DNA from: an uncultured Anaerolineales bacterium
GTDB lineage: Bacteria > Chloroflexota > Anaerolineae > CG2-30-64-16
Assembly: GCA_964614645.1 (NCBI GenBank)
Contig: CAZTMA010000004.1
Span: 13,555-77,554 of the forward strand
Length of the DNA: 64,000 bases
Direction: 5' to 3'
Each line of letters begins with the position of its first letter. Positions within the stretch are counted from its first letter, which is position 1. A program made the position numbers and the translations under genes. Shown here piece by piece: positions 21,956 through 34,027 of this stretch. The notes beneath the pieces are model-generated. The model had not been told where the DNA came from and made no database searches. It worked only from the letters and a program-made list of their open reading frames with translations.

Positions 21956-23352
21956 TACATGAGCAGCCTATCCGCAAGGAACTGATCGGGCCGCCGCTGG
22001 ATCGGGCGGACCTCGTGCCGGTCATCGAGCCCGGCCAAACCTTCGAGTCGGTCAACGAGCAGATCGGCTCCGTCGTCCTGCGCCGCGGCTTCCAGCGTGG
22101 CTGGCTGCTGGGGTTAGCCATCGCGTTCCTGCTGCTGATGGTGTTCCTCGGCGCAGTCACCTGGTTGTTCATCCGGGGCGTCGGAATCTGGGGCATCAAC
22201 ATTCCGGTGGGCTGGGGGTTCGCGATCATCAACCTGGTGTGGTGGATCGGCATCGGCCACGCGGGCACGCTCATCTCGGCCATCCTCCTCCTGCTGCGCC
22301 AGCAGTGGCGCACGTCCATCAACCGGTTTGCCGAGGCCATGACGCTGTTTGCGGTCGCGTGCGCGGCGCTGTTCCCGATCCTGCACCTGGGCCGGCCCCA
22401 ATACTTCTACTGGCTGGTGCCCTACCCGAACACGCTGGACTACTGGCCGCAGTTCCGCAGCCCGCTGATGTGGGACTTCTTCGCCATCGCCACTTACGGC
22501 CTGGTCTCGCTGCTGTTCTGGTTCGTCGGCCTCATCCCCGACATGGCGACGCTGCGAGACCGCGCCAAGAGCACCTTTGCCCGCGTGACCTTCGGCATCC
22601 TGTCGATGGGCTGGCGCGGCTCTGCGGTGCATTGGAAGCGCTATCAGGACCTGTACTATCTCCTGGCAGCGCTGGCGACACCGCTGGTCGTGTCCGTCCA
22701 CAGCATCGTGAGCTACGACTTTGCCGTGAGCGTGATTCCCGGCTGGCACTCGACCATCTTCCCGCCGTACTTCGTGGCCGGCGCGATTTACGCCGGGTTT
22801 GCAATGGTGCTGCTCATCTCCATCCCGCTGCGCAAGTACTACCACATGGAGAACTTCATCACCGACCGTCACCTGCGCAACATGGCGATCGTGATGTTAA
22901 CGTCCGGGCTGGTCGTGGCCTACGGTTACGCCATGGAAATCTTCACCGCCTGGTATAGCGGCAACGAGTACGAAGGCTTCATGATGCTCAATCGGGTGAC
23001 GGGCCCCTACGGCTGGGTGTTTGGCCTGATGATGCTGTGCAATGTCGTCATTCCGCAGCTCCTGTGGATCAAACGCATCCGCACAAACTCACTCTGGCTC
23101 TGGGGCATTTCGCTCGTCATCAGCTTTGGCATGTGGTTCGAGCGCTTCGTCATCGTCGTCACCAGCCTGCACCGGGACTTTCTGCCGTCCTCCTGGGCGA
23201 TGTACACGCCGACGGTCTGGGACTACGCCACGTTCATCGGCACGTTGGGGCTGTTTGGCACGCTGATATTCCTGTTCATCCGCTTCCTGCCGTTCATCTC
23301 GATGGCTGAGACGCGCGAGCTGGTGCACCAGACAGGAGGGAAGGTCGAATGA
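21952..23352 (+). CDS. actC: ACIII membrane subunit ActC (NrfD/PsrC-like, ~10 TM)
   Basis: Polytopic NrfD-like protein, 4-nt overlap with actB. Confidence 0.8.
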
Positions 23353-23927
23353 CCGAGCATGTGGCCCACGACATGACGCATGAGGCTGAAGAGGCCGCGG
23401 TCCGGCCCTACGGTCTCGTGGCCGAGTTCGTGGACGAGCACACTATTCTGGATGCCGCACGCCGCGCATATGCCGAGGGTTACCGCCGGCTGGACGCCTA
23501 CACGCCGATACCGGTGGAAGGTCTGTCGGAGGTGGTCGGCTTCCGCAAGAGCCGCATCCCGCTGCTGATGCTGCTGGGCGGCATCGCCGGGCTGGTGGGC
23601 GGGTTCGCGCTGCAGTATTGGGTACACGTCATCAACTATCCGATTAACATCGGCGGTAAGCCGCTGAACAGCGTGCCCATGTGGGTGCCCATCACGTTCG
23701 AGACGACCGTCTTGCTGGCGGCGTTGACGGGTGTGCTGGCGATGATTCTGCTCAACGGCCTGCCCGCGCCCTACCATCCGCTGTTCAACGTGGCCGAGTT
23801 CGCCCGCGCCAGCCAGGATCGCTTCTTCCTGGCGATTGAGGCGACCGACCCGCGCTTCGATATGACCCAGACCCGCCGGTTCCTGGAGAGCCTGGGCCCG
23901 GCCAGCGTGCACGAGGTGTTGCCGTGA
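23349..23927 (+). CDS. actD: ACIII subunit ActD
   Basis: 192-aa protein with two TM helices (IPLLMLLGGIAGLVGGFALQYW; TTVLLAALTGVLAMILL), 4-nt overlap with actC. Confidence 0.7.
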   Translation: MTEHVAHDMTHEAEEAAVRPYGLVAEFVDEHTILDAARRAYAEGYRRLDAYTPIPVEGLSEVVGFRKSRIPLLMLLGGIAGLVGGFALQYWVHVINYPINIGGKPLNSVPMWVPITFETTVLLAALTGVLAMILLNGLPAPYHPLFNVAEFARASQDRFFLAIEATDPRFDMTQTRRFLESLGPASVHEVLP

Positions 23928-23941
23928 AGGTGAAACGCTTT

Positions 23942-24012
23942 GCCACCGAGAACACAGAGAGCGTAGAGTCTTTCTCTCTCAATAACTCAGTGTCCTCTGT
24001 GACCTCTGTGGC
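23942..24012. repeat. MITE-like element with GCCAC(C/A)GAG...CTCTGTGGC terminal inverted repeats, inserted between actD and actE
   Basis: gccaccgagaacacagagagcgtagagtctttctctctcaataactcagtgtcctctgtgacctctgtggc; 25-nt 3' block shared with copy at 47521-47601. Confidence 0.55.
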
Positions 24013-24589
24013 TAGAAAGCTAAGCTTCCTGCTCCTGGGACTCTTCGCGCTGGTGGCGCTGACGGGCTGCCAGGCGATGGCCGACCAGCCGCGCTATGAT
24101 CCGCTGGAGCCGAGCGCGTTCTTCGCGGACGGGCAGTCAGCGCGGCCGCAGGTCGAGGGGTCTGTAGCGCAGGGCCAGTTGCGCACCAGCGACGTGCGCT
24201 ATACCGGCCAGTTCAACGGTGCGCCGGCGACCGAGTTTCCCTTCGAACTGACCGCCGACCTGCTCGAGCGCGGCCGGCAGGAGTATGACATTTACTGCAC
24301 GCCCTGTCACGGCTTCACCGGCGCGGGCGACGGCATGGTCATCCAGCGCGGATTCCCTGCGCCGCAGACCTTCCACCAGGACCGCCTGCGCACGGCGGCG
24401 CCCGGCTACTTCTTCCAGGTCATCACCAACGGGTTTGGCCGGATGCAACCGTACGCCAGCCAGATCCCCGATGTGGATGACCGCTGGGCCATCGCCGCTT
24501 ACGTGCGGGCCCTGCAACTCAGCCAGGCGGCGCCCGCCGAGGCCCTGCCGGCGGAAGACATGCAGCAACTCGGAGGGGCAACCCAATGA
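24008..24589 (+). CDS. actE: ACIII monoheme cytochrome c lipoprotein ActE (alternative GTG start 23924 overlapping actD stop)
   Basis: Signal peptide + lipobox LFALVALTGC; single CTPCHG heme motif; 4-nt overlap with actF. Confidence 0.75.
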   Translation: MARKLSFLLLGLFALVALTGCQAMADQPRYDPLEPSAFFADGQSARPQVEGSVAQGQLRTSDVRYTGQFNGAPATEFPFELTADLLERGRQEYDIYCTPCHGFTGAGDGMVIQRGFPAPQTFHQDRLRTAAPGYFFQVITNGFGRMQPYASQIPDVDDRWAIAAYVRALQLSQAAPAEALPAEDMQQLGGATQ

Positions 24590-25788
24590 TGACACCACAA
24601 GGCATTCTCCGCCGCATGATGCCCGGCGCACTCGTGGTCGGCGCAGTCGGGCTGATCGCGACGCTGGCGGGCATATTCCTGGGCGTCCCCGGCGCATACC
24701 CCGCCTACCTGTTCGCTTTTGTCTTCTGGACCGGCATGGGCATCGGCAGCCTGCTGCTGGCGCTGCTGCAGCATTTGACCCGCACAGGTTGGGGCGCACC
24801 GATCCAGCGGTTCGTGGAGGCGGGCGCGCGCACCCTGCCGCTGATGCTCGTGCTCTTCATCCCCATCATCTTCGGGATGAAGGCGCTGTACTCGTGGGCG
24901 GACCCGGCGCACGTCATTGGTGACCCGGTCCTGGAGCACAAGCAGCCGTATCTCAACGTGCCTTTCTTCATCATCCGTACGGTCATCTACTTCGCGGTGT
25001 GGACGTTCTTCGCCTACCGGACGGGCGCACTCTCGCTCAAACTCGACGAGACGGGCGACGTGAACATCGCGGGCACGCTGCGGGGCATGGGCGCGGGCGG
25101 GCTGCTCGCCGTCACACTGACCGCTTCGTTCGCCGCCTTCGACTGGGTGATGTCGCTGGATCCGCACTGGCTGTCCAGCATCTTTGGCCTGATGGTCACG
25201 ATGGGCATGATGCTGGGCGCGTTTGCGCTGGCCATAGCCCTGGCAACCTGGGCGTCGGACTGGCCGCCGCTCGATGCGGCTGTCTCTCCCCGGCGCTTCA
25301 ATGACCTGGGCAGCCTGATGCTTGCCTTTGTCATGATCTGGGCCTATCTGTCGTTCTCCCAGTACTTGCTCATCTGGGCCGCAAACATCACCGAAGAAGT
25401 GCCGTGGTACCTGGCACGCATGGCGGGCGGCTGGAAATACATCGCCATCGCCATCATCGCGCTGCACTTCGCACTGCCCTTCATCATGTTGATGTTCCGC
25501 GATGTGAAGCGCAACCGGAGGCTGCTGACGGCCATCGGACTCTTCCTGGTGCTCATGCGTGCGGTCGACACCTTCTGGCTGGTCGTCCCGTCGCTGGGCG
25601 CCGCCGGTGTGGGCGCCATCTGGCCCCACCTGACCGCGCTGGTCGGGGTTGGAGGCCTGTGGGCCGCCTTCTTCGCCTGGAACCTGGCGCGGGCGCCGCT
25701 GCTGCCCGTCGGCCTGCCGGCGCCCATGCAGGACCATGCGGCGGTTTCTGAACCTCATAACAACAGGATCGTGCGGCATGAGCGATAA
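24586..25788 (+). CDS. actF: ACIII membrane subunit ActF (NrfD-like)
   Basis: Polytopic membrane protein paralogous to ActC. Confidence 0.8.
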   Translation: MMTPQGILRRMMPGALVVGAVGLIATLAGIFLGVPGAYPAYLFAFVFWTGMGIGSLLLALLQHLTRTGWGAPIQRFVEAGARTLPLMLVLFIPIIFGMKALYSWADPAHVIGDPVLEHKQPYLNVPFFIIRTVIYFAVWTFFAYRTGALSLKLDETGDVNIAGTLRGMGAGGLLAVTLTASFAAFDWVMSLDPHWLSSIFGLMVTMGMMLGAFALAIALATWASDWPPLDAAVSPRRFNDLGSLMLAFVMIWAYLSFSQYLLIWAANITEEVPWYLARMAGGWKYIAIAIIALHFALPFIMLMFRDVKRNRRLLTAIGLFLVLMRAVDTFWLVVPSLGAAGVGAIWPHLTALVGVGGLWAAFFAWNLARAPLLPVGLPAPMQDHAAVSEPHNNRIVRHER

Positions 25789-26506
25789 GCCAAATCCGAC
25801 TGACCCGCGGGGTAAGCCGCGAGAACGCCACCAGCCGTCCGGCTATTTCCGAGGCGCCGAGCCTAAAGGGCGCAAGCTCACCGAGCAGGAGGCGCATGAC
25901 CGGGGGGTCAGCGATCCGGAGACGGCCGAGCGGCTGGGCACCGACCGGCTTGCGCAGGAACAGCCATCCCCTGCACAAGGCGCGGTCGAGGAGCGCGCCG
26001 CCAACCGGCAGGCCGCTCAAGCTGTGCCGCCTGGGGCGGCGCAGCCCCACGAGCGCCGAGAAGTGCACCAAAGCCAGCATGATGTGGATGCCGTGCGGGA
26101 TGACCCCCACGCCCCGGCCATCGCGCACGGCGCGCCATCGGGCACGACCGAGGCGCAGCACGAGACGTCCGATGTGGGGCTGAACATCCTGGTCGTGGCC
26201 GGGGCCATTGTCGGCGGGTTAATCATCATCGCACTGATCGTGGTCGGCCTGCTCACGAATGTGTTCTACAGCTCGCCGGACACGCAGCCGCAGGGCGGCT
26301 CGCCCATCGAAACTGCTGCGCCGCCCGCTGCGGTCGAAATGCGCGTCAACCCCGTGAGTGCGCTCGACCGCTACCAGGCGGCTGCACAGGAGACACTCAA
26401 CAGCTATGGCTGGGTGGATGAGGCGACGGGTGTCGCCCGTATCCCGATCACGCGTGCCATGACGCTGATTACCGAGGGCCTGACGCCGGCGGTGGGCCAG
26501 GAATGA
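25778..26506 (+). CDS. ActG-like single-pass membrane protein with low-complexity Pro/Ala/Gln-rich N-terminus
   Basis: Last ORF of act cluster; TM VGLNILVVAGAIVGGLIIIALIVVGLL; periplasmic C-terminal tail; assignment to ActG by position only. Confidence 0.4.
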   Translation: MSDKPNPTDPRGKPRERHQPSGYFRGAEPKGRKLTEQEAHDRGVSDPETAERLGTDRLAQEQPSPAQGAVEERAANRQAAQAVPPGAAQPHERREVHQSQHDVDAVRDDPHAPAIAHGAPSGTTEAQHETSDVGLNILVVAGAIVGGLIIIALIVVGLLTNVFYSSPDTQPQGGSPIETAAPPAAVEMRVNPVSALDRYQAAAQETLNSYGWVDEATGVARIPITRAMTLITEGLTPAVGQE

Positions 26507-26602
26507 AACGTAAGCCCGGCGCGTGATGGCAGTTAAACCAACATACAAGGGGACAGCAGGGGCATATATTAGGGGCCATTATCACAGAAGGGTTAAGGGT
26601 TA

Positions 26603-27544
26603 ATGGTTATGTTCGACACAAAACGACAGGCATCCCACCAGGGCCGATCGACGGGCGAGAACCGGGTCGGCTTTGTTATGCTGCTGGCCCTGCTGATGAC
26701 GCTGCTGACATTACCGGCCGGCGCGGTCTACGCGCAGGATGATTCAGATATGAATCACACTGCTGAGGAAGCCATACTCAACCAGGTGTCATTCGATCAG
26801 AATCTCGACAGCCAGATGCCCCTGGAAGTGCCCATGATCGACGAGCAGGGGCGCCGCGTGACGCTCGGCCAGTACCTGGGCGCAAAGCCGGCCATCCTGG
26901 TGTTCACCTACTACGACTGCCCCAACCTGTGCCCCATCATCTTGCACGGGTTGAGCGAATCGTTGCGCACCATGCAGGTCGAGGTGGGCAAGGAATTCGA
27001 CGTCGTGGTCGCCAGCATCGACCCGCGCGAGACGCCGGAGCAGTCCACCGCGGCCAAAGCCGCCATCATCGCCAGCTATGGTCGTTGGGGCTCCCAGGAC
27101 GGCTGGCACTTCCTGACTGCGCCGGAAGATTCGATCGTGCGGCTGGCGGATACCGCGGGTTTCCATTATGTCTACGACCCTAAGTCCGACCAGTACGCGC
27201 ACCCCGCTGGCATTCTGGTGATGACGCCGGGCGGCCGGATTTCGAAGTATCTCTACGGGCTGGAGTTTTCGCCGCGTGACCTGAAGCTGGCGCTGGTGGA
27301 TGCCTCCGCGGGCAAGATTGGCAGCGCGGTGGACCAGCTCCTCCTGCGCTGCTTCCACTATGACCCGACGCGGGGCAAGTATACCGTCGCCATCCGGGAG
27401 ATTCTCAAGTATGCTGCCCTGCTCACGATGTTCGGGCTCGGTGCCATGGTGCTGGTGCTGGCACGTTCAAAGCCCCGCCAGTCGGAGCCACCGATTTTGT
27501 CGACCGAGGAGCAGGTTGATGACCAGAAGGAGAGCCAGTCGTGA
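26603..27544 (+). CDS. SCO1/SenC copper chaperone (thioredoxin-like)
   Basis: N-terminal TM/signal; CPNLCP CxxxC copper-binding motif; located before cox genes. Confidence 0.8.
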   Translation: MVMFDTKRQASHQGRSTGENRVGFVMLLALLMTLLTLPAGAVYAQDDSDMNHTAEEAILNQVSFDQNLDSQMPLEVPMIDEQGRRVTLGQYLGAKPAILVFTYYDCPNLCPIILHGLSESLRTMQVEVGKEFDVVVASIDPRETPEQSTAAKAAIIASYGRWGSQDGWHFLTAPEDSIVRLADTAGFHYVYDPKSDQYAHPAGILVMTPGGRISKYLYGLEFSPRDLKLALVDASAGKIGSAVDQLLLRCFHYDPTRGKYTVAIREILKYAALLTMFGLGAMVLVLARSKPRQSEPPILSTEEQVDDQKESQS

Positions 27545-28496
27545 ATACCCAGTGGACGCTTGACCAGGCAACCGCCCATGCAGGCCGGGTGGACACGCTC
27601 TTCCTGGTCCTGGTGGCCGCCAGTGCGATCGTCATTATTGGCATAACAAGCGCACTGACCTACTTCATCCTGAAGTACCGCCGCGGCAAGGATGCTGACC
27701 GCACCAACCCGGTGGAGACGCATCACAAGCTGGAATTGACGTGGACGATTGTCCCGCTGGTGCTTTCCCTGGGCGTGTTCCTCTGGGCCGGCCGCCTCTA
27801 TTTTCAGATGTACGATGTGCCATCCGACGCCATGGAAGTATATGTCATCGGCAAGCAGTGGATGTGGAAGTTCCAGCATCCGGACACGGGCCAGATCGAG
27901 GTTAACGACCTGCACGTACCCGTCAACCGGCCTATTAAACTCACAATGACATCTGAGGACGTGATCCACAGCCTGTACGTCCCCGCGTTCCGCATCAAGA
28001 CCGATGTACTGCCGGGGCGCTACACGACCGTCTGGTTTGAGGCCACTGAGACGGGCAATTATCACCTGTTCTGCGCCGAATACTGCGGCACGGACCACTC
28101 GGGCATGACCGGCCAGGTGATCGTGATGCCGGAAGAAGAGTACCTCGCCTGGGCCAGCGGAGGAGGCGCGGCGGGCGGCCAGCCGGTCTCTGCGGCGCAG
28201 GCCGGTGAGCAGCTGTTCACCCGGACGGGCTGCGTAGCGTGCCACAAGCTCGACGGCACTGCGGCAGTCGGCCCGGCACTTGCTGGCATCTTCGGGCAGG
28301 AAGTCAGGTTGGCGAGCGGAGAAACCGTCACGCGTGACGAGGCGTACCTGCGGAAATCCATCCTCGAACCGGCCACTCAGGTGGTCGAGGGTTACCAGCC
28401 GGTGATGCCGCCATACCAGGGGCAGTTGACCGAGGATCAGGTGTTACAGATCATCGCCTATATCAAGGAGTTAGGCGCCGAACAAGGGGGTGCGCA

Positions 28497-28500
<4 letters not shown>
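27541..28500 (+). CDS. coxB: cytochrome c oxidase subunit II, caa3-type (C-terminal cytochrome c domain)
   Basis: CuA site HSLYVP...[15 protein letters not shown]; C-terminal CVACH heme-c motif. Confidence 0.9.
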
Positions 28501-30162
<1,662 letters not shown>

Positions 30163-30170
<8 letters not shown>

Positions 30171-30831
30171 CATATCGCAAATCGCAATCGAAGCACGGCC
30201 GGGCGTAGCGCACCATTTCGATGACGTTGAACAGCAGCACGAGGCCAACACCCTCGGCATGTGGGTGTTCCTCACAACTGAGGTACTGTTCTTCGGCGGC
30301 GTGTTCCTCGGCTACCTGGTGTTCCGTTCGCTGTACCCGCAGGCGTTCGCGCAGGCGAGCCACCACTTGAACGTTCCGTTGGGCACGGCCAACACGGCGC
30401 TCCTGCTGTGCAGCAGCTTGGCGATGGTTCTCGCGGTCTACTTCGTACGTCGAGACCAGAAGCGCACCGCGGTCATGCTGTTGCTGCTCACCGCAGCGCT
30501 CGGCACGGCCTTCCTGGGCATCAAGGCGGTCGAGTGGATCGTGGACTGGAACGAGGGGCTGGTGCCGGGCCTGAACTGGCTCGTCACGGGGCCCAATGCA
30601 GACCAGGAAGAGTTGTTCTTCGTCCTGTACTTCACCATGACAGGCCTGCACGCCATCCACATGATCATCGGCATTGCCGTCGTGGGCCTTGCGGCGCTGT
30701 GGCTTCTGCGCAAGCGGCACGTCGCGCAGATGTATACCAACATCGAGATGATCGGACTCTACTGGCACTTCGTGGACATCGTGTGGGTCTTCCTGTTCCC
30801 ACTGCTCTACCTGATTAACCTGCACGGCTGA
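30163..30831 (+). CDS. coxC: cytochrome c oxidase subunit III
   Basis: 222-aa 5-TM protein following coxA with overlap. Confidence 0.85.
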
Positions 30832-30838
30832 GGGTGAC

Positions 30839-31117
30839 ATGGCTAACCTGAACGCTGAACTGCGAACCTACCTGCTGGTCTTCCTGGCGCTGCTCGTGCT
30901 GGTCGGCGTCACGGTCGGCGCGGCGCTGCTCGACCTGGGCCCATTCGGCCCGATCGTGGCGCTGCTCATCGCCGGCCTGAAGGCCGGGCTGATCATGGTC
31001 TTCTTCATGCATCTGCGCCACACGACGAAAGTCGCGTGGGTGTTCGCAGCCCTGGGGCTGCTGTGGCTGTCCATAATGCTCGGCCTGACCATGGCCGATT
31101 ACCTCACGCGCGGCTAA
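30839..31117 (+). CDS. coxD: cytochrome c oxidase subunit IV (bacterial caa3 small subunit)
   Basis: 92-aa, three hydrophobic helices, immediately after coxC. Confidence 0.6.
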   Translation: MANLNAELRTYLLVFLALLVLVGVTVGAALLDLGPFGPIVALLIAGLKAGLIMVFFMHLRHTTKVAWVFAALGLLWLSIMLGLTMADYLTRG

Positions 31118-31151
31118 AACTCGCGGGTCGGGTTGCAGCGCAAATTGCCTC

Positions 31152-31180
31152 TTGCGCAACGCGCTGGAATGTAGTATATT
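31152..31180 (+). promoter_or_regulatory. candidate sigma70 promoter for leuS (-35 TTGCGC, 17-bp spacer, -10 TATATT)
   Basis: Sequence match only; overlaps a GCGCAA-N8-TTGCGC inverted repeat. Confidence 0.4.
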
Positions 31181-31315
31181 GCAGCCATGCAGACACAAAC
31201 GACTGTCCAGGTACTCGGTCTTACGGGGCTCCTCGCTGAGAGGAGAGAGTTCCGCCTGGGCAGCCGCCAGCACTTGACCGCATAGCCGTTCATTCTCAGT
31301 GCATCGCCGGTCGAA

Positions 31316-31341
31316 GGCCTCCCCAGGTGGGAGGCCTTTTT
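31316..31341 (+). terminator. leader terminator/SD-sequestering hairpin immediately upstream of leuS start
   Basis: ggcctccc-caggt-gggaggcc then TTTTT; GGGAGG within 3' arm is the only SD for the TTG start at 31344. Confidence 0.5.
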
Positions 31342-31343
31342 GA

Positions 31344-33944
31344 TTGCCTTGCGCACGCGAAAGGAGAGTTTCAAATGGGGCTTACAGAGTAACCAGCAGC
31401 ACATCTGATGGGGAGGCAGCGACACGAGGCCAGCGCGCCGTCTATGACCACATCGCGATCGAGCAGAAGTGGCGGGCACGCTGGGCCACCGACGCGCTGT
31501 ATCGTACCCCGGCGCCCGCACCGGACCGGCCCAAGTACTATTGCCTGGATTTCTTCCCCTATCCTTCAGGGTACGGGTTGAGCGTCGGGCACGGCCGCAA
31601 CTACGTGCCCAGCGATGTCATCGCGCGCTTCTATCGGATGCAGGGCCGCGCGGTGTTGCACCCGATGGGCTGGGATGCATTCGGCCTGCCCGCTGAGAAC
31701 GAAGCCATCAAACGCGGCGTCCACCCGCGCGAAACCACCTCGCAATACGCCGCGAACTACCGCCGCCAGATGACCCTGATGGGCTGCTCGTACGACTGGG
31801 AACGCGAGATCAACTCGAGCACGCCCGACTTCTACCGCTGGACGCAGTGGTTCTTCCTGCTGCTGTACCACCGCGGGCTGGCCTATCGCGCCGTGGGCCG
31901 GCAGTGGTGGTGCCCCGGCTGCCAGACTGTCCTGGCCAATGAGCAGGTCGATGCCAGCGGGACCTGCTGGCGCGGGCACACCGGCGTCTACAAGCGCGAC
32001 ATGGAGCAGTGGTATCTGCGTATCACAGCCTATGCCGAGCAACTGCTGGATGACCTGGCCACGCTGGACTGGCCGGAGCACATCGTCGCAATGCAGCGCA
32101 ACTGGATCGGGCGCAGCGAGGGTGTCGAGTTCAGCATGCCCATCCACGATGCCTCAGGTGAGAGCGCGGGGCTGCAAATCGACGTCTTCACCACGCGACC
32201 GGACACCATTCCGGGCGTGACGTTCGTGGCCATCGCGCCGGAGCATCCGCTCGTCGGGCAAGTCATCGACGGCGAAGCGATTCCCGGCGAGCAGCGTGCT
32301 GCGGTGGCTGCCTACCGCGAGCAGGCTGTCCGCCGCAGCGACATCGACCGCATGCAGGGCGACCGCACGCGCGCGGGCGCGTTCACGGGCATGTACGCGG
32401 TCAACCCGCTGAACGGCGAGCGCGTCCCCGTGTACCTGGCCGACTATGTGCTGATGGCCTACGGCAGCGGGGCCATCATGGGCGTGCCCGCGCACGACCA
32501 GCGCGACTTCGAGTTCGCGGTCCAGCACGGCATCCCGGTCAAGGTCGTCGTCGCACCACCCACCGGGGATGTGCCGGGACAGGCCGCCTACACGGAAGCG
32601 GGCATGATGGTGGATGCCGGGGCGTGGACCGGGCTGCCCTCCAAGGAGGCTGCAGTACGCATCACCGCCTGGCTGACCGGCCAGGGCACCGGACGCTCCA
32701 GCGTCCAATACAGGATGCGCGACTGGCTGATCTCGCGGCAGCGGTACTGGGGCGCGCCGATCCCGATTGTCTACTGCGACCGCTGCGGGATGCTACCCGT
32801 GCCTGAGTCCGAGCTGCCGGTGCTGCTGCCGGACATCGAACGCTGGCTGCCGGGTGACGACGGTCGCTCGCCGCTGGCAGGGCTGCCGTCGTTTGTCGAG
32901 ACCCGCTGTCCGCAGTGCGGCAGGCCGGCGCGCCGCGAGACCGATACGATGGACGGCTTTGCCTGCTCCAGCTGGTACTTCCTGCGCTTCGTCAGCCCGG
33001 ACTACGCCGACGGCCCCTTTGACCCGGCAGCCCTGGCGCAGTGGGGCAGCCCGGACATCTACGTTGGCGGTGCGGAGCACGCGGTGATGCACCTGCTGTA
33101 CGCCCGCTTCTGGACGAAGGTGATGGCAGACGCCGGGATCGTGCCGTTCCACGAGCCGTTCCCGGTGCTGCGCAGCCAGGGCACAATGCACGCCCGCGAC
33201 CCGCTGAACGGCGAGCTGCGGCGCATGTCCAAGTCCACGGGCAACGTGGTGACGCCTGACAGCGTGGCCGAGTCGCACGGCGCAGATGCGCTGCGGGTCT
33301 ACCTGCTGTTCATGGCTCCCTTCGAGAACAACACCGTCTGGGATGGGGGGGGCGTCAACGGCGCGCGACGCTTCCTGGAGCGTACGTGGCGGCTGGTGAA
33401 CGAGGTCGCCGGCGCCCGCGCGGCAGGTGACACTGCCCGCTCACCGAACGCTGCGGAGGAGGAACTGGCCCGCGCCGTACGCCGTACGGTGCGCAAGGTG
33501 ACTGAGGACATGGAGACGCTGGCCTTCAACACCGCGGTGGCTGCGCTGATGAAGTGCCTGAACACGATGAACGAGTATCGCGCCGCCCACGGCATCACAT
33601 GGGCGCTGAGCCGGGCCGTACGCGACTTCGTGCTGGTGCTGGCGCCCTTTGCACCCCATATCGCGGAAGAGCTGTCGGAGAGGTTGGGCGAGCCGTACAG
33701 CGTCCACTGCCGGCAGTGGCCCGCTCACGATGACCCGGCCGATGCTGACGGGGAGGGCATCGTCCTGGTCGTGCAGGTGGATGGCCGGGTGCGCGACCGG
33801 CTGGTCCTGGCGGCAGGGGTCCCCAAGGACGAAGTCCGTGCGCGCGCGCTGGGCAGCCCCGCGGTGCAGCGCGCGCTGCGCGGCAGCACGGTGGCACGCG
33901 TGATATACGTGCCGGGTCGCCTGCTGAACATCGTAACGGAATAA
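31344..33944 (+). CDS. leuS: leucyl-tRNA synthetase
   Basis: HMGH-type class I motif, KMSKS (RMSKSTGNVV), CP1 editing domain; only in-frame start before conserved block is TTG 31344. Confidence 0.9.
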   Translation: MPCARERRVSNGAYRVTSSTSDGEAATRGQRAVYDHIAIEQKWRARWATDALYRTPAPAPDRPKYYCLDFFPYPSGYGLSVGHGRNYVPSDVIARFYRMQGRAVLHPMGWDAFGLPAENEAIKRGVHPRETTSQYAANYRRQMTLMGCSYDWEREINSSTPDFYRWTQWFFLLLYHRGLAYRAVGRQWWCPGCQTVLANEQVDASGTCWRGHTGVYKRDMEQWYLRITAYAEQLLDDLATLDWPEHIVAMQRNWIGRSEGVEFSMPIHDASGESAGLQIDVFTTRPDTIPGVTFVAIAPEHPLVGQVIDGEAIPGEQRAAVAAYREQAVRRSDIDRMQGDRTRAGAFTGMYAVNPLNGERVPVYLADYVLMAYGSGAIMGVPAHDQRDFEFAVQHGIPVKVVVAPPTGDVPGQAAYTEAGMMVDAGAWTGLPSKEAAVRITAWLTGQGTGRSSVQYRMRDWLISRQRYWGAPIPIVYCDRCGMLPVPESELPVLLPDIERWLPGDDGRSPLAGLPSFVETRCPQCGRPARRETDTMDGFACSSWYFLRFVSPDYADGPFDPAALAQWGSPDIYVGGAEHAVMHLLYARFWTKVMADAGIVPFHEPFPVLRSQGTMHARDPLNGELRRMSKSTGNVVTPDSVAESHGADALRVYLLFMAPFENNTVWDGGGVNGARRFLERTWRLVNEVAGARAAGDTARSPNAAEEELARAVRRTVRKVTEDMETLAFNTAVAALMKCLNTMNEYRAAHGITWALSRAVRDFVLVLAPFAPHIAEELSERLGEPYSVHCRQWPAHDDPADADGEGIVLVVQVDGRVRDRLVLAAGVPKDEVRARALGSPAVQRALRGSTVARVIYVPGRLLNIVTE

Positions 33945-34027
33945 CCCCGGCTCTCGATTTGACACATCGACGAGGGGAGCCTACACTTGCAACGCAGTAG
34001 CATTTGCAACAAGTGGAGGTTCCCCTC

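Noticed and set aside
23924-24007. ActE starting at GTG 23924 with the repeat translated as a 28-aa leader
   Set aside because: This would put an acidic 32-aa segment before the signal-peptide h-region. GTG 24008 gives a normal lipoprotein signal peptide. Kept as an alternative in the actE feature.
31118-31343. Canonical T-box riboswitch upstream of leuS
   Set aside because: A terminator and SD-sequestering hairpin are present, but no AGGGUGGNACCGCG T-box sequence or clear specifier-loop architecture could be found by eye. Kept only as an unclassified leader.
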